Assembly: GCA_051453625.1 (NCBI GenBank) | Contig: JBOZIK010000001.1 | Location: 43,207,811 to 43,263,038, forward strand | DNA: 55,228 bases | Origin: Welwitschia mirabilis | Lineage: Eukaryota | Reading direction: 5' to 3' | In this document: positions 1-11,596 of the stretch, piece by piece | How the letters are laid out: every line of letters begins with the position of its first letter | How positions within the stretch are numbered: position 1 is the stretch's first letter | Made by a program: the position numbers and the translations under genes | The notes under the pieces: model-generated | Told to the model about the DNA's origin: nothing | What the model saw: the letters and a program-made list of their open reading frames with translations, nothing else | The model's database searches: none

Positions 1-2027
1 TATGCTTAACTTAGTTAAAACTATAAAATAATGTTCTCAAGTTTATAAAACCCATTATATTATCTAAGAGATTAAACATGATAGCCAAGATGACATTCTT
101 TCTTTTTCTTCTATGCAATTTGAGATGTCTTGATTCATCTATGGGAAGGAAAGGGGGCAAGACATCTTTCAGCTCATTCTTATATTATTTTAAGTAAAAA
201 ATTTGGAATTAAAAGGATCATGTTTTGAGCTTTTTTGATACATATCTATGATGAGTTATTTTGATGAGATTTCTTATTATTTGAATAAAATTTGTAGAAT
301 TTATCTTATAAAAGCATAGTAGCACAATCATAGAGTTTTTTTGTAGCTATGTTTTAGATCATCTAAAAGGAAAACATGCTATATTTGCTCTTATACCTTT
401 GCACCTTATTAATTATACTAATAAACTTAGATCTATTATTCTTTTGAGATTAGTACTACTCAAGTTTGTTACATTAGTCTAATATCACTTTTTTGAATTA
501 TAAATATAAATTATAGTTTTTTGAGCTATTATTGTTACATTTTATAATTCTTATGTGTGTATGACATTCATTCATTCATTCTATGGTGATGTGCTTAAGT
601 AGAAGGCTTAGGGAAATGTTAGTATTTGTATCAGCTAGTTGGTTTTTGATATCTAATCTTACATGATTAAATTGAATTAATGTATATTTTTCTAGTTGCT
701 ATTTATCTTAGTTAAATTAGCTTACAATATATTTGATCGCTCAGTTTGTCAAAAACTATCAAGTCTAAGTAGGGGGCTATGTTGAGATGCCAATTTGTAT
801 GAATTTACTGGTATGTATTAAGTGCTTTTACAGAACATTAAACATGTTTGGTTGTAATACTAATGATTATGAAGAACTGATAGGATGATCACCACAACAT
901 ATGATTCTTAGCATATTTAGAGGCATCTCAGGCTGATTCTAATAATTCATACTTTATAATAAGGATTTACCATGTAGAAGATTAATTCCTTTTTGAGATT
1001 GAAGATGAAGAAGCCTATTGTCTCCTCTGTTATCCTCATGATATGAATGACAATAGACTTGCTAATATAAATAGAGGCCACATCATTGAGAGTGTAGCCT
1101 AAAGCTGATAGACTACCATTTGATGTAGAGTGACATCTCCTCCATCATCTCCATGACAATCAAGATGATAGCTATTTTCTATGTCAAAAAGAATTATATC
1201 TGTAATGGAATAATGTAACTCATTTGGGCTACTAGGGTTTCTTCTCTGAATTTTTGAGTTAAGCTTCTAGAACTTCAATATAAAATTATAAATATCCTAT
1301 CTTTCCTTTACTTCTATTTCCATTTTTTATACTGAATTCTCTTGTTACGGAAGACTAAAGGACAAGAGGTCAATATAATACCTACAGATAAAAGCTACCC
1401 TGGGTGTTGAACTAAGTATTCTCCATTGAGGAGCTGCTACTTTATCATATGTGAATGTAAACGTTCTATGATAAATTCAGATACTCTTTTCATTATAATT
1501 GTGTTTATGTCTCTTATGATTTAATTTGGTTACAATTTAAGTGATAATTCTTTAATTTATTTAAGTTATAAGGGCAACATTTGTCAAGGTTGATTTTATT
1601 AGTTTAGATTTGCATTGTTATTTCATTTTAATTTCATATTGCATTATCAATATTCTATTTGAAAATTTTAATAGTTTATATTGGTGAATAACAAGTGACA
1701 GAACTCTTCTTAGTTTATCTAAATTATATAAAAATAGTTCTTGTAATAGGAGGATTAATGTCCAAGCAGAACTCTTCTCTTTTTCATTTCATTTCATTGC
1801 ATTTTACCTTTTATTTTGTAGTGAATTTTGCAGTATTATTTACTTTCATTGGTTAAAAGGAAAAGAAACAAAGACACTCTCAGAATCAATTCTCTAACTC
1901 TAAGCTTAGTGCCTTCAATGAATTATGATATTCAAGTTAACTCTCATCTATACTAGCATGTGTCTTTTTTATAAGTATTTTGATTTATAGGTTTATCTAA
2001 AGGACTTAATAATTGCATAAATTCATA
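1..2027 (+). mobile_element. Athila-like Ty3/gypsy element B, 3' part (3' UTR, PPT, 3' LTR 780-2027)
   Basis: Polypurine tract agggggcta (771-779) is followed by the family LTR start TGTTGAGATGCCAATTTGTATG at 780. The LTR 3' part matches the LTR end at 54.0-54.2 kb but lacks the terminal ~8 nt (caaca). Confidence 0.8.
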
Positions 2028-3118
2028 GAATAATAAAGGAAAATTGATTTTCAAGGATAATGTATTTGAAACTTAAGAACAATGCAGGAAATCAAATATG
2101 CAATGCAATGCAATGCAAATGCAATCTATCCTAGATGAACATCTTTCTAATTATAGAATCAACTTGTCTAGAAGATTGATCCTGTATAACCTAAATTAGC
2201 AAGGAAGACTATCAGTAAATAAGACCAACTTAAGATATTAAGTAAGTCAAATAAAGTGCAATGCAAAATTATTCTAAACTACTTTCACTAACCTTAACGA
2301 AGGTTGCCCTTAAAACTTATATTATTAATAAAACTATCACTAAATCAAGAATAATATAAATCATAAGGGATATATAACAATATTAATGCATAAAAGAAAT
2401 AGATTTTTATATTAATAATTAAACTAGCATCTATGTTACAAAATAGCTGCACCTCAATGGAGGATGCATAACTCAACACTAAGGAAATGTCTTTCTACAA
2501 CTCACAAGATGGATCTTCTGCCCTTTGATCTCCTGTCACAAGAATTTCTAGTGCATCAAAAATGATAGGAGAGTTAAATGAGGTATAAATAATAAAAAAT
2601 CATCACACAAAATGTGTTGAAAAATGTGCTCAAATTCAAGAAAGAATTGGCTAAAATGAATAAAGATCAACTGACCATTTTAGGTGTCTTACTGACTATC
2701 ATGAGGACGACCAAGGAGACAATGGTACATGCATTATATTTGTCATCTTACATGTTATGGGAATGAACATAAGAATGACACTCCTTAAGAAAAGATGATT
2801 TTAGTGGTACTGACTCCAGTCCACATCAACATTCCTAGTGGATTGTACAATGTTATCATCATGTCTATCATGGGATGACAGAAGGAATGATAGTTATCTT
2901 TATCCTTTTAACTTAAAAGAAGCTAGTCTCTAGCATTATTGATCTTTCCCCAATGTACTAAGTATCAAAATGTGTTAGAAATACCTCTAAATATGATAAG
3001 TATTCCATATTTCAGTGATCATCCATTAACTCTCCATAATCCTTAGAGTGAAATCTAAACCTTTCCTGCAAAATAGCTCATAACACCCTATCAAATACAT
3101 ACAATTTGTAGCACATCA
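2028..3118 (-). repeat. 3' LTR of element A (3' end truncated at junction with B)
   Basis: Colinear with 10550-11596. Starts TGATGTGCTACAAATTGTATG next to the PPT. A hand-aligned 100-nt block (2141-2240 vs 10657-10756) shows about 22 mismatches. Confidence 0.9.
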
Positions 3119-4689
3119 TATCCCTCTAATTAGCCATTGTTATCACTATAATTATGAGCCAAATTGTCTTTAAAAAAATCAATTTAAAACTTATAAAACA
3201 GACTCATAAATAAACTTAAACATATTACATAGAAAAATAACATGCAGTGAATCATGTGTATGGAGTGAAAGTCATAAAAATTATATCTCATAAAAGCTCT
3301 AAAATAACCCAAAAAATTATGAAAATAAGTCTTGAAAATGAGGCCTTGTCTTTCCTAAGAAAAACAATGTGGCCCATATTGGTTAATGAAGCAAGGAAAT
3401 TAGATGAAGTTAGTATGTCAAAATGAGAAGGAAAATAATGGGTGTTTTTGAATTTTAACCTCTAATAAATTGAGTGCAAAGCTAACTATAAAGTATCAAA
3501 TTTAAAAAATAGATATCTAGGGAATATTCTGATTAACATGAAAGGAGTAAAGAATGAAAATGCATTAATTAGAATGAAGCAGATCCATGAATGTCCAATG
3601 AATGTGCCTTGACAAAAATAATCATGAACAGTATTTAGAACTCCAAAGGACTAAAACTAAATATCACAAAATTTATAAGGAAACTTATATAAGAAATAAA
3701 TAAAATCTTTATAGATAAGGAAACTATTAAAAGGTAAGGTCATAAAATGATAAGAAAATACAAGGATAATTTTGAAATAAATAACTAAAAAATAAAAGAA
3801 AAAAAAAAGAATTGACATAAGGAACATAAAAAAGATAGCTTACCTATCTTACATTTTAACCTAGCAAACTCTTGTGGAAGAAATCATAATATCAATTAAT
3901 TTAAAAATGTATAACTAAATGTATAAATATGAAAATTCCATTTAATAAGGTAGTGATCATAATANNNNNNNNNNNNNNNNNNNNNNNNNNNNNNNNNNNN
4001 NNNNNNNNNNNNNNNNNNNNNNNNNNNNNNNNNNNNNNNNNNNNNNNNNNNNNNNNNNNNNNNNATAACTAAATGTATAAATATGAAAATTCCATTTAAT
4101 AAGGTAGTGATCATAATAATGTTAAAAGTCAAATTCTTTAAATAATAAGTGATAAGATTAAAGACTGCTTAAAAATAAACTTACTTATTCACATCTCAAA
4201 ACAAACACTTAAATCCTTAGAAATGAAATGATCATGTGAAAAGACTAAGAGTCTAAGAAATAATTAATGTGTTTAATGAAGTGATGAGGGGAATGCAATC
4301 ATAGTAAGAGAAATAAGGACCTTTAAAGCATGATAAACTGACCTTCTAATGAAGTTCCCATAGCTATCATATTACATTACTAAATGCTCCTTTTAGAAAC
4401 ATTTACCATAGTGTACTTACCATAGGACATCATGTTTTTATTTCATTCTTTTCTTATCTTTTTTTCTTTTTGTTTTTTTGTCATAAAAGATAAATTCCAC
4501 ATGGTAAGGTAAAGTAATAAAATAAAAGATAGAAAAGAACATCCTTGGAAAATTTAAGAGCTTTTCGTCATTGTAAAAAATATTAGAAATAAAGCATCTT
4601 TCTTTAAAATGAAGTTTATAGATGTGTGAATGTCTTAAGATTGGTTGAATCCAATCTTACCATTGTAAAATACACATGTACAAAAATGA

Positions 4690-7600
4690 GTTATATAAAA
4701 AATGTACCCTAGTGTTATATAACAAGATTAGTTGACTAAGTTGAAAGATTAAATTTTTATCATGATTGAACTTAGTTTGGGCTTTGTGAATACGTTAATG
4801 ATGAATAACTTGAGTTCATTTTTTATCTAAATAATGTAATTGAGATAAATAAGTTTTAATATTCTCTTTTAAATTCACAAGATTAAGTTGATATGTAGAA
4901 TAATAAGAATTATAACAAACATCAACAAGTAAAACACAGACTTTACTATATACAAGTTTGTAGGATAAGAAACCAAGTACATTACACTAAGTAATAAGGT
5001 AAGCCCAAAGAACATCATTTAGTTTAAAAGCCCATAACTTATTATTAGTAAAGACAAGTCTTTAAAGCAAATTTTTGATTTCTCTATTAGTATTTTTGGC
5101 TTGTCCATTAGTTTGAGGGTGGTAAACATAAGCTACTCTATGTTCTATACCAATAGATAAAATAAGTTTTCTAAAAATATGATTAATAAAATGAGTTTCT
5201 TAATCATTAATAATTATTTAATAAAATCTAAATCATTGAACAATTTAAGTTATAACAAAGTTACAAATGGTTCAGACATTATTTAAGGAAGTAGGAACTA
5301 TTTTGACCATTTAGTCACATAATCTACAACCACTAAAATGTAATTCTTGTCTTTAGAAGGTGGTTTAATTGGACCTATAAAATAATTTCTCCAATAAGCA
5401 AAAGTTTCACACTTAAGTATAGGTTTGAGAGTCATTTTCTGTGATCATAAAAAGTGACCAAAATGTTGATATGCATTACACCTTCTGGTATACTCAAAAG
5501 AGTCTTGAAAAAGACTAGGTTAATAGAATCCAAAACTATTAAAATGTCCATCATAAACACCACCATGACAAATATGAAGGATATTAATTTTTTCTCATTC
5601 TAATATACATTTTCTGATAATTTGATCTTTACACCTATAATAAAGATGGGGTGCTATCCACTTGTAATCACTTGTCCTATGGAGAAAAGATTTTCTTTAA
5701 TTGTGACTCCAACTTTGTGGTATTTTTGAAGTAACAAGGAAATTATTAATATCTACATATCATGAAGGATAATTAGAAGATATAACAAATAGTTGTTTAT
5801 CCAGATAAGAATCATTGATAGAAAGATTATTATCAAAATAATAAAGGCATGATAAGTAATCTGCCATACTATTAAATTTTCTTGCCTTATCTATAATGGT
5901 GAGATTGAATTCTTGTATTAATAGAATTTATCTAATCAACTTAGTACTAAAATATTTCTTAGCCATTAGGAATTTAATCACCACATGATCTGTGTATACA
6001 TTTGTATGAAAGCCTAAAAGATAATGTCTAAGAGTAATAAGGCAAAAGATTATGGCTAATATTTCTCTTTTAGTTGCTTGAGCTTTAGAAAATGTTTTAC
6101 TATAGTAAGATATGACTTTGAAATCATTTTCATATTTTTATCTAAGCACCCCATCTATGGTAAAATTACTAGCATCACATATTAACTTAAAATCATTTTT
6201 CCAATTAGGTCCCATTATAATAGAAGCATAAGAAAGTTTATGTTTAAGTCTATTAAAAGCAAGCTAGAAAGAGATATTCTAATCAAATTTAGCTTTTTTT
6301 TCCTAGTAATGAATAGATGAATTTATAGAATCTTGTATGTAGCTATTGTAAAAATCATAATGTCTAAGGAAATATTTGAGTTGCTTAACATTGATTGGAG
6401 TAGTTAAGTTTTAAATGATACTAACCTTTTTAAGGATCTATTCTAATCCTTTTTTTAGAAATGTGATGGCCTAGAACAATTCCACTTTCAAATAAAAATA
6501 AGCTCTTTTCCCAACTTAAATGAAGATCATACTCTATGCATTTATCAAGGACTTTTTCTATTCTTTCTAATATTTAATTAAAAGTTTTCCAAAGATTTAA
6601 AAGTCATCCATAAAAATTTCTATCAAGTTCTCTAACATGTTCCAAAAAAAATCCCATAATAGCACATTGAAAAGTTCCAAGAGCTTTACATAATTCAAAA
6701 GGCATTTGTCTAAAATCAAACATTCCAAAAGATGAAGTTAAAGTTGTTTTATTTTGGTTCTTGCTAGCTATTCAAACTTAGTTATAACCACTATATTCAT
6801 CTAAAAAGCAAAAAAAGCATGTCCTTAGATTCTATCAAGTATTTGGTTAAGAAAGGAGAGATAACAATGATTCTTTATTATGGCTTCATTTAGTTTTCTA
6901 AAATTCATGCATACTCTTCCTTTCCCATTCTTTTTTAGTACTATAGTTAAGGGACTAACCCATTCACTATCTGATACAATGTAAATGATTCTAGCATCCA
7001 TTAACTTAATGATTTTATTCTTAACTAATTGTTTAAGTGCTATATTTAATCTTCTTTGTGGTTGCCTAATAGGTTTTCATTTTTCTCAAGATAGACTTTA
7101 TGCTAAACAATAGAAGGAGGAATGACATATAAATGTTTATGAGACCAACCAAATGCATAAAATTTGGAAATCAAAAGGGATATTAAAATTGACTTTTGTT
7201 TAGGAAAGAGATTTTCATTGATTATGAAAGGTTTCTTTTTAATCATTATAAAGAAAAATATATCTTATTCCACTAGGAAGATTTTTCAAATTCAAGTTTA
7301 AATTAAGATTTTTAGTTTTTAACTCATTTAGTGGATGATATCCCTTAAAGTGTGAGATTTTACTTGTTATTAATAGTTGAACTTTCTTGAAAAATAAGAG
7401 TTAGATTTATTCTTTATTTTGATACAAAAACCAATGTTTTAAATGATCAAAGTTAAATGTATCAAAATATTTTAAGTTTTTAATCTCAAATGGATCATCA
7501 TAAAGTGTAGGTTGGTGCAGCATTAGCCAAATTTCTTCAAGTGGATAATGTTGTAGAAATAAGGTTAGTTTAATTTGATTTTCTACATCCCATTCATCAC

Positions 7601-9733
7601 TTAGTTATTTCTCAACTACATCAAAAACTCTAAATAAAAACTTTTTATTTCTTAAGTAACACTCCATCATTCTAGTTCATATATAAATGATGTAATAGGC
7701 TATTACATAGAAGGCTCTTCCTAGAAGTAATGGATAACCCCCATTATGTTCGATCTCTATGACAACCACATCTATCGAGTAGAATGCTTTTTCAATTTGA
7801 ATTGCTAAATCTTTAATTACTCCTAAGGGTTTCTTAATTAAAGTATTTGCTCATTCTAAGAGAATCTGAGTAGGCTCTATTGTACTTTTTAAGCCGAGTC
7901 TCTTACAAATATGTAATGGCCTGATATTGACACTTGTATCAATGTTGACTAAATTTCTTTTTATTTTTCTGCCTCCCTATAATGTAACACTCATAGTTGT
8001 TACCCTTGGATCCTTAAATTTGAAGATTTTTAAATCACCAAATTTGTAATAAATTAAGCTAAAATGACTTTGGTAGAAATTCTTTATTTTTATTTTCTTC
8101 TTATTAAGTCTTTCCATGGCTTAGAGTACTTTGGATTTTCTTGCTAAAGTCTCCAGAATGATAAGTTGATACTTACATTATGTGTTAATGTTTTAAGATG
8201 TTTATTAAAGGTTGGATTAATGTTAATCCTATCAAGCGAAGGAGTAGTTGGTTTCTTTTCTATTTGTTGTGAATAATTTTTCTTTTTACTTTTCCTAAGA
8301 TAAGGGAAGTTGTGATGATATAGTATTTTGATGTCCTCTTCTTTCTCATCATCCCTAATGTTGTTTTGGAAGGCTGATGCTTCACAAAAAGGAGGGTTTA
8401 CTTCATGTCCACTTTGTGTTATACCCTTATAATCCTTTCTCACTTCATTGAAATTTATTTGAGGATGTGTTACTAATGATCCTTGTGGTCTTTGGCTTGC
8501 CAACATTATTTTTTAAAGGACATTTAATAAGTTTTCAATGCTAGATTTTGTCTTTTCTTGTGATTTCCTAAGTTCATTTATAGAATTTATAAGTGAATCA
8601 TATTGATGTTAAAAGTTTGATGAACTTGATTGAAAGTTTGAATTTTCAAATTAATTTTTGAAAGGTTGAAAATTGGTTGAAAATTTTTGAGTTTTTTGGC
8701 AAAGGTTTAAAAATTAGATTGTAAATTCATCTTGGATTATTACTAGTTTTGGTTTTGGTTTTAGAAATTTGAAAATTTTTGGTTGAAAGCATAAACTTCT
8801 TTATGTATTTTCTCCTTGTATATTGGTAATAGTAGACAATCATTAGTTATGTAAAAGTTGTCCTCACATAAGTCACATGTTGCCATAACATTCTTTTTAG
8901 TTGCTGATTTTGCATCTAGAGTCATCTTAGTATACTTCTCTAAAATTTCTGTGAAATTCCTAATTAAATTTATGGTATTTTATTCTATTTTGTCTACCTC
9001 CTTTTCTTATTTTACCTCTTTCAAATCTTTGATGATTTATCCTATAGTGTAGTTACCTCTCGATGTTGACTAGGTTTGGCTCATCTTCAAAAGCTCTTCT
9101 AATGTTTTCCAATTATTTTCTAATGTGAGGTTCATTAGGTTTCCACCACAAGAGAAGTCTACAAGTTATTTCATGTGGTAATTTATCCCACTATGAAAGT
9201 AGTTAACTAGCTCTTCTTGTATAAAAGCATCTATTGGATTAGATTAAATTATGATGAAGAAGCATTCGTATGTGGAAGCATAATCATCATTTCATTATTG
9301 TTAGAAATTTATCACTTCTTTTTTTCTCTTCCTAATGGTTTATTTACTTTTAAATCTTTTAATGAATACTTATTGGACTTAATTCCAATTTTTTAAGCTC
9401 TTGTGAAGTATAGTTTTTAACCAAAGTTTTGCTTTTCCTTTCAATGAAATTGGAAAAATGATCATATATGTATGATCACTAATTCTTTTCTTGAGGTAAG
9501 AACTAAATATTCTATGTCTACAATGTGGTGGAAAGGATCCTCATCATGTTTACTACTAAAGATGGGATAGGAATTTAAGTTTTTCAATTTAACATCATCT
9601 TCTAGGGGTTATCAAAAGGAGCTTAAATTTTCCATTTCCTATTGGCTATTATCTCCTTAAGAATAAGGTTTGCATTAAGACTAGGTATTAAAGACCCTAT
9701 GAATTGCTTTTGTTTTTACACAATATTTGACAT
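4690..9733 (-). pseudogene. gag-pol polyprotein pseudogene of element A
   Basis: Decayed motifs: gag PIFSSKHDEDPFHH (~9530-9570), protease LVNIDTSVNI (~7930), RT KPIRQPQRRLN / SEWVSPLTIVLKK / IFMDDF (~7070-6600), RNase H LICDASNF...YTDH (~6190-5980), integrase YFIGPIKPPS...VVVDYVTKW (~5390-5310). Many stops and frameshifts. Confidence 0.93.
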
Positions 9734-10397
9734 CATAAAATTATTATCTTGTAAAGAACTTTCTAAAGAAATTTTATTTTATGAAATCAAATTCAAAAAA
9801 TACGAACTCAGAAGGGATATTGTACACACCTAGGGATTATGTTCTTAACTCTAATTTGAAGTCAACCAATCCTTCTCTTATGTTTTCTTCTACTAACATC
9901 CTTTCTTTCTGATATTTCTTTTCCAAATTAATCATGTCATATCATACTTTAAATATAAAACAATAAAAAACAAAATAAAAAATAACTAATAGTTGTCTGT
10001 CTAGTCATGGGAATGATTGATGAGATAATGAAAATAAAAAAGTAGAAACAGAAAATAGAAAATTAGTAGAAAGTCAAAAATAAACATAGAGGCTATCGTC
10101 CACCTTAACATGGGAACAACAGTAGAGATGAAAATTATTTTTCTACTAGTAAAGCTACAAAAATAAAAATTTATAGATAAAAAATAAAATGATAAATCTT
10201 TATTTTCATTTTTAGTGTCATAAGGATGACAGAGAGGATGACAAATTATTATTAGAGACTACGAAAAATAGAAATCACGAATTGAAAACTTATAACTCCT
10301 AAATATAAATATAATATTACTATAGATAAATATTCAAACTGAAATCGGATTTACTCACCTGAGTAATGACAATCCGTGTGCTCCTTAATAACCTTTT

Positions 10398-10413
10398 TTT
10401 GGTAATAGTGCCA
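10398..10413 (-). promoter_or_regulatory. Primer binding site (decayed tRNA-Asp type) of element A
   Basis: tggcactattaccaaa lies 3 nt after the LTR end CA and derives from TGGCGCCGTTGCCGGG by transitions. Confidence 0.8.
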
Positions 10414-10416
10414 AGA

Positions 10417-11596
10417 TGTTGTAGTGAATAATTTACAATCCTTTATGTTTTACTGAGTCCTATTAATCATAAATAGATATATTACAAAATACAATACTTT
10501 AGTATAAATGGAAGTCATCCAAATGTTATAAACTCATCGAAGGTGTGCAAGAAAAGAATAAGAATTGATTTTCGAGGAGAATGTATTTAAAACTTAGGAA
10601 TAGTGTTAGAAATTAAATATGCAATGCAATGCAACTACAATATATCCTTGATGAATATCTATTTGATTACTAAATCAACTTGTTAAGAATATTGACCCTG
10701 TATAATCGAAATCATTTAGGAAGACTATCACTAACTGAGACCAACTTAGACTATTAACTGAGTTGAATAAAGTGCAATGCAAAATGATTCTAAACTACTT
10801 TTGTTAACCTTAATAAAGGTCACCTTTAAGACCTATGTTGTTATTGAGAATGTCACCAAATCAATAACAAAATAAACCATAAGGAATATATAATAGTATT
10901 AATGCATAAAATAAATAGAGTTTTGTATTAATAATTGAACCAATGTCTGGGTTATAAGATAACTGCATGCATAACCTAATACTAAGAAAATGTCTTTCTG
11001 TAACTCACAAGATGAATTTTCCATTCTTTGATTTCTGCATTAAACATGATAAAAGAGTTAAAGGGGAGGTTTATTTATTGCATAAAGAAGACAAAATCAT
11101 CACATAAAATGCACTAAAAAACATGCTCAAATCCACCAAAAAAAAAAAAAAAGTAAAACAAATGAAGGTCAGTTAACATTTTAGGTGTCATCCTAATTGT
11201 TATGGATATGACCAATGAAACAGTGAAAAATGCATCATATTTGTTATATTNNNNNNNNNNTATGACTTTAGTAGTACTGGCTCTGGTCCACATCAACATT
11301 TCTATGTGGCTTGCATAATGTTGTTATCATGTCTATCATGGGGATGTTAAAGGGAATGATAGTCCTCTTTGTCTTTCTAACTCAAGAAAATCTAGCCTTT
11401 AACATTATTAATCATTCTTTAAAGGACTAAGCATTAAAATATACTTGAAATGACTTTAAATGTGTTAAGAATTGTGTATTTCAATGACCATCCATTAGCT
11501 CTCTATAATCCTTAGAATTATATGCAAACCTATATAAATATCCTTAAAAATAGCTCATAACATTCCATTAAATACATACAAGTTGGTAGTGTATCA
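10417..11596 (-). repeat. 5' LTR of element A
   Basis: TG...CA termini (TGATACACTACCAAC ... CACTACAACA) followed by the PBS. Confidence 0.9.

Larger units (their letters stand above)
2028..11596 (-). mobile_element. Athila-like Ty3/gypsy element A, near full length, decayed, without extra ORF
   Basis: Paired LTRs (10417-11596 and 2028-3118), PBS at 10398-10413, PPT at 3119-3130, and gag-PR-RT-RH-IN order on the minus strand. Confidence 0.92.

Noticed and set aside
2098-2125. (CAATG)n pentamer run resembling a satellite
   Set aside because: It is an internal part of the Athila LTR, seen at the same position in other copies (e.g. 10619-10634, 13206-13260).
3911-4118. Perfect ~54 bp direct repeat flanking a gap
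   Set aside because: Identical copies on either side of an exactly 100-N gap indicate an unmerged contig overlap.
8144-8506. 120-aa ORF
   Set aside because: Open fragment of element A's decayed gag-protease linker, not an independent gene.
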